From: Mycoplasma mobile 163K
GTDB taxonomy: Bacteria > Bacillota_I > Bacilli_A > Mycoplasmatales > Metamycoplasmataceae
Direction: 5' to 3'
DNA length: 32,000 bases
Assembly (NCBI RefSeq): GCF_000008365.1
Contig: NC_006908.1
Location: 510,001-542,000 of the forward strand
Part shown: positions 29,405 through 32,000 of the stretch, one piece after another
Position numbering within the stretch: position 1 is the stretch's first letter
How the letters are laid out: every line of letters begins with the position of its first letter
The notes under the pieces: generated by a model
Told to the model about the DNA's origin: nothing
Database searches by the model: none
What the model saw: the letters and a program-made list of their open reading frames with translations, nothing else
Position numbers and translations under genes: made by a program

Positions 29405-30219
29405 ATCTCACCAATTAATTTGTCTTGGTCATAGGTAGGATCAACATTTTTTAATAATTTTGAAACTCTATAAATAAAAGGAGAATCAATTTTTGCAATT
29501 TCAATGACTCTTTCATTTTTTAATATTTCCAAAGGATCTCCGCTAGCAATTAATTCGCCTTCAGCTAAAACAAGAACACGATCTGCTAAAATTGCTTCAT
29601 CCATATCATGAGTAATTGAAATCAAAGTTTTTTTTCTTGTTTGTTGAATTTCTCTAATTAATTTTAAAACTTCTTTTTTACCTTTTGGATCAAGCATTGA
29701 AGTTACTTCATCAAAAATTATAATTTCAGGATCTAAAGCTAAAATTGAAGCAATTGCAACTCTTTGCTTTTGACCTCCAGATAAATATTGAGGTTCTCTA
29801 TCTAAATATTTATCCATTCCTACTCTTTTTGAAAGGTCCAAAATAATTTTTTTCATTTCATTTCTAGGTATTAACTTATTTTCTAAGCCAAAAGCAATGT
29901 CATCTTCTACAGTTGCTCCAATAAATTGGTTATCTGGATTTTGAAAAATAATTCCAATTTTCTCTTGAAGTTTTCTTAAAGTAGATCTTTGCAATTTAAT
30001 TCCATCAATATAAACATCTCCTGAAGTCGGTTTATAAAGTCCAGCAATTATTTTGCTTAAAGTACTTTTTCCAGAACCATTATGACCTAGAATTGCTGTA
30101 TATTTTCCTTGCGGGAAATTAATACTAACATCATTTAAAGCAAATGATGTTCCTGTCGAATATTTAAATTTGACATTTTTTAATTCGATCATTGGTGTAT
30201 TAATATTATCTGTACTCAT
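29395..30219 (-). CDS. ecfA1: ECF transporter ATPase component A1
   Basis: Walker A is GHNGSGKST, the ABC signature is LSGGQKQRVAIASILA, and Walker B is IIIFDEVTSMLD. The stop is TAG at 29395-29397, overlapping the ecfA2 start by 10 nt. Confidence 0.9.
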   Translation of the reverse strand: MSTDNINTPMIELKNVKFKYSTGTSFALNDVSINFPQGKYTAILGHNGSGKSTLSKIIAGLYKPTSGDVYIDGIKLQRSTLRKLQEKIGIIFQNPDNQFIGATVEDDIAFGLENKLIPRNEMKKIILDLSKRVGMDKYLDREPQYLSGGQKQRVAIASILALDPEIIIFDEVTSMLDPKGKKEVLKLIREIQQTRKKTLISITHDMDEAILADRVLVLAEGELIASGDPLEILKNERVIEIAKIDSPFIYRVSKLLKNVDPTYDQDKLIGEICK

Positions 30220-30239
30220 AAAATCCTTTTGCTTATATA

Positions 30240-30800
30240 TTATAGTTTATCTAAATACTCTTGGTTAAAAACACCTATAAAATCAATGTTTCTTAATTTT
30301 TCCTTTACATCTAAACCATAGCCTGCAAGAAATTTATTTGGAACTATAAATCCTGCTTTATCAACTTCAAGTTTATTTTTACGATTTACTCTTTTGTCTA
30401 ATAAAGTTAAAATTTTTAATGATTTTGGTTGCTTCATTTTAAGCATTCCGACAACTTTTTCTAAAGTAATTCCACTATCAACAATATCTTCAATAATCAG
30501 TACATCTTTATCAAAAATATTTTGTTTTAAATCCATAACCACTTTAACATTTCCTGATGATTCGGTTGAACCTGAATAAGTGGAAAGAGTCATAAAATCT
30601 CAAATATGTTCAACAGTCACATTTTTTGCAAGATCAATTAAAAACGGTAAACAACCTTTTAAAAGTCCAATAAAAATTAAATCCTTACTATTTTTATAAG
30701 TTTCATTTACTCAATTTGCTAATTCTTTTACTTTGATTTGAATTTCTTCAGATGTAAATAGAATTTCTGTAAAACGTGGGTCATTAGATTTGTGCTTCAT
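30240..30800 (-). CDS. hpt: hypoxanthine(-guanine) phosphoribosyltransferase
   Basis: The track ORF extends across 2 TGA codons to the ATG at 30800 (186 aa). The sequence is MKHKSNDPRFTEILFTSEEIQIKVKELANW..LIFIGLLKGCLPFLIDL.. with the PRPP-binding motif VLIIEDIVDSGITL and ..FIVPNKFLAGYGLD. Confidence 0.88.
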
Positions 30801-30817
30801 AATAGAATTTTAAAGAA

Positions 30818-30849
30818 AAAAATATTATTTTTACAAAAATAATATTTTT
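30818..30849 (-). terminator. AT-only hairpin downstream of greA (weak terminator candidate)
   Basis: 15-bp A/T-only inverted repeat AAAAATATTATTTTT / AAAAATAATATTTTT around an AC centre. On the minus strand it is followed by TTTCTTT. The absence of any G:C pair makes function uncertain. Confidence 0.3.
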
Positions 30850-30875
30850 AAAAATTAAAATTAAAAAAGAGAAAA

Positions 30876-31400
30876 TTAATTGTCTAAAAATTTAAGAATT
30901 TCTACTTCATATTTAGTTGGGGCATTTATTTCACGAACATCTCCAATTTTAGATCCCATAATTCCTTGAGAAATAGGGGATGAATAACTAATTTTATTTA
31001 AAAAAGGATCAGTTTCAAGAGTTCCTACAATTTTTACTTCAAATTGCTTTTTGTTATCAATTCTTTTTAATAATACTTTTGAACCAATAGTAACTTTTTT
31101 ACTTTTAGAAGCATTTTGAATTTCAGTATAATTTTCTAGAATGTATTCGATTTCTTTAATTCTATCTTCAATTTGACCTTGCTTTTCTCTTGCTGAGTCA
31201 TACTCTGAATTTTCAGATAAATCACCTTGAGCTCTTGCATCTTTAATTTCTTCAATGATTTTTGGTCTTTCAACATTAATAAGATTATTTAATTCTGTTT
31301 TATAAGTTTCAACACTTTCTAAAGTTAAATATAATTTACCATCATTAACTTGTGCATCAAATTCATTTTTATTGATTGGATCATTTTTTATTTTTGTCAT
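30876..31400 (-). CDS. greA: transcription elongation factor GreA
   Basis: ..LTLESVETYKTELNNLINVERPKIIEEIKDARAQGDLSENSEYDSAREKQGQIEDRIKEIE is the coiled-coil finger with the acidic tip. The C-terminal globular domain reads ..SYSSPISQGIMGSKIGD. AAGGAAA SD lies upstream. Confidence 0.93.
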   Translation of the reverse strand: MTKIKNDPINKNEFDAQVNDGKLYLTLESVETYKTELNNLINVERPKIIEEIKDARAQGDLSENSEYDSAREKQGQIEDRIKEIEYILENYTEIQNASKSKKVTIGSKVLLKRIDNKKQFEVKIVGTLETDPFLNKISYSSPISQGIMGSKIGDVREINAPTKYEVEILKFLDN

Positions 31401-31430
31401 ATTTTCCTTTTTGAATTATTTTTTTGTTAT

Positions 31431-32000
31431 TAAAAAAATTCCATTATTTATTTTTATCTCTTCAAAATAAGCTTTAACTAATTTTAAATGATTAATAAAA
31501 TTTTTCTTAGTTTTTTTATTTATACTAAAATCATAAATTATAATTAAACCATTTTTTTTCAAATTTTTGAAATATTTTCCATAAAGATCATTTCAATTTT
31601 TTAAATCATCATTAAAAATAATAATGTCAAATTGTTCTTCTAAACTTACTTTTTCAATTACTTCTAGCTTATAAGTTATATTTTTTTTAAGTTCTAATAA
31701 TTCTTGATATTTTTGTTTATTTAAATCTTTTTCTAAAATTTTAAAAGAAGCTTTTGTTTTATTTGAAAAAGAAAGAGGTTCATATCCGTTTGTTTTTCCT
31801 AAATAAAGACCATTTTTAAAATCATTTCTTAAAATTGTATTAATTGTAAATTCCACATACAAATCATTTAAAGCATTAGGGGATTTAGTTTTTCAATCTT
31901 CATACAATTCTCCTATATCTTCTCTTTTTAAAATTAAATTCATTCCAATTTTATTATCTTTCAAATTAATTTCAAGGATTTTTCTTCTCAGTTTTCTTAT
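31431..32000 (-). CDS. putative class I SAM-dependent O-methyltransferase (family-3, YrrM/TrmR-like); 5' end outside window
   Basis: Track ORF 31593-31862 extends in frame across TGA codons to TAA at 31431-31433 and upstream to the window edge. ..LYLGKTNGYEPLSFS..FKILEKD....FDIIIFNDDLKNW..YGKYFKNLKKNGLIIIYDF resembles the GxGxG-like, FDxxFxDxxK and LxxGGxxxxD blocks of family-3 O-methyltransferases. A methyltransferase near greA is also seen in Bacillus (yrrM). Confidence 0.45.

Noticed and set aside
1-32000. Search for tRNA/rRNA genes, CRISPR arrays, IS elements/transposases, integrases, toxin-antitoxin or restriction-modification genes
   Set aside because: No GC-enriched cloverleaf-sized segments occur in any intergenic gap. 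There are no regularly spaced direct repeats, and no ORFs with transposase, integrase, methylase or nuclease motifs. The only DNA-level repeat noted is the short duplication shared by the two Cys-rich micro-ORFs.

Overview
Very AT-rich chromosome segment of Mollicutes type (Mycoplasma/Mycoplasmopsis-like). It must be read with genetic code 4, where TGA is Trp. The supplied standard-code ORF track splits about twenty genes, and these rejoin in a single frame across TGA codons; every stop I accept is TAA or TAG. After rejoining, the window is almost fully coding and mostly housekeeping. In map order: pyrG (partial); a GT2 glycosyltransferase; the packed minus-strand operon Asp23-like/fakA(yloV-like)/plsX/rnc/smc; rpmB; a multi-pass membrane protein; a membrane-anchored M23 peptidase; a DeoR regulator; tpiA; glf/GT2/obg; two tiny Cys-rich ORFs; a lipoprotein; a membrane protein; a 1460-aa SGNH/GDSL lipoprotein with C-terminal repeats; ktrB and ktrA; rpsP/trmD/rplS; ecfA1/ecfA2/ecfT; hpt; greA; and a partial O-methyltransferase-like gene. 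I saw no rRNA, tRNA, CRISPR array or recognisable IS/transposase. The observations most worth a second look are listed here. (1) Two tandem, paralogous, SD-preceded, cysteine-rich micro-ORFs sit in the obg-lipoprotein gap. (2) The canonical trmD ATG is out of frame with the gene body across a T9 homopolymer. (3) The giant lipase-like lipoprotein carries an A9 tract in its signal-peptide codons and about 125-aa internal repeats. (4) A galactofuranose module (glf overlapping a GT2) is packed against the essential GTPase gene obg. (5) An M23 peptidase is present in a presumably wall-less organism. All functional calls come from reading motifs by eye; no database search was possible.
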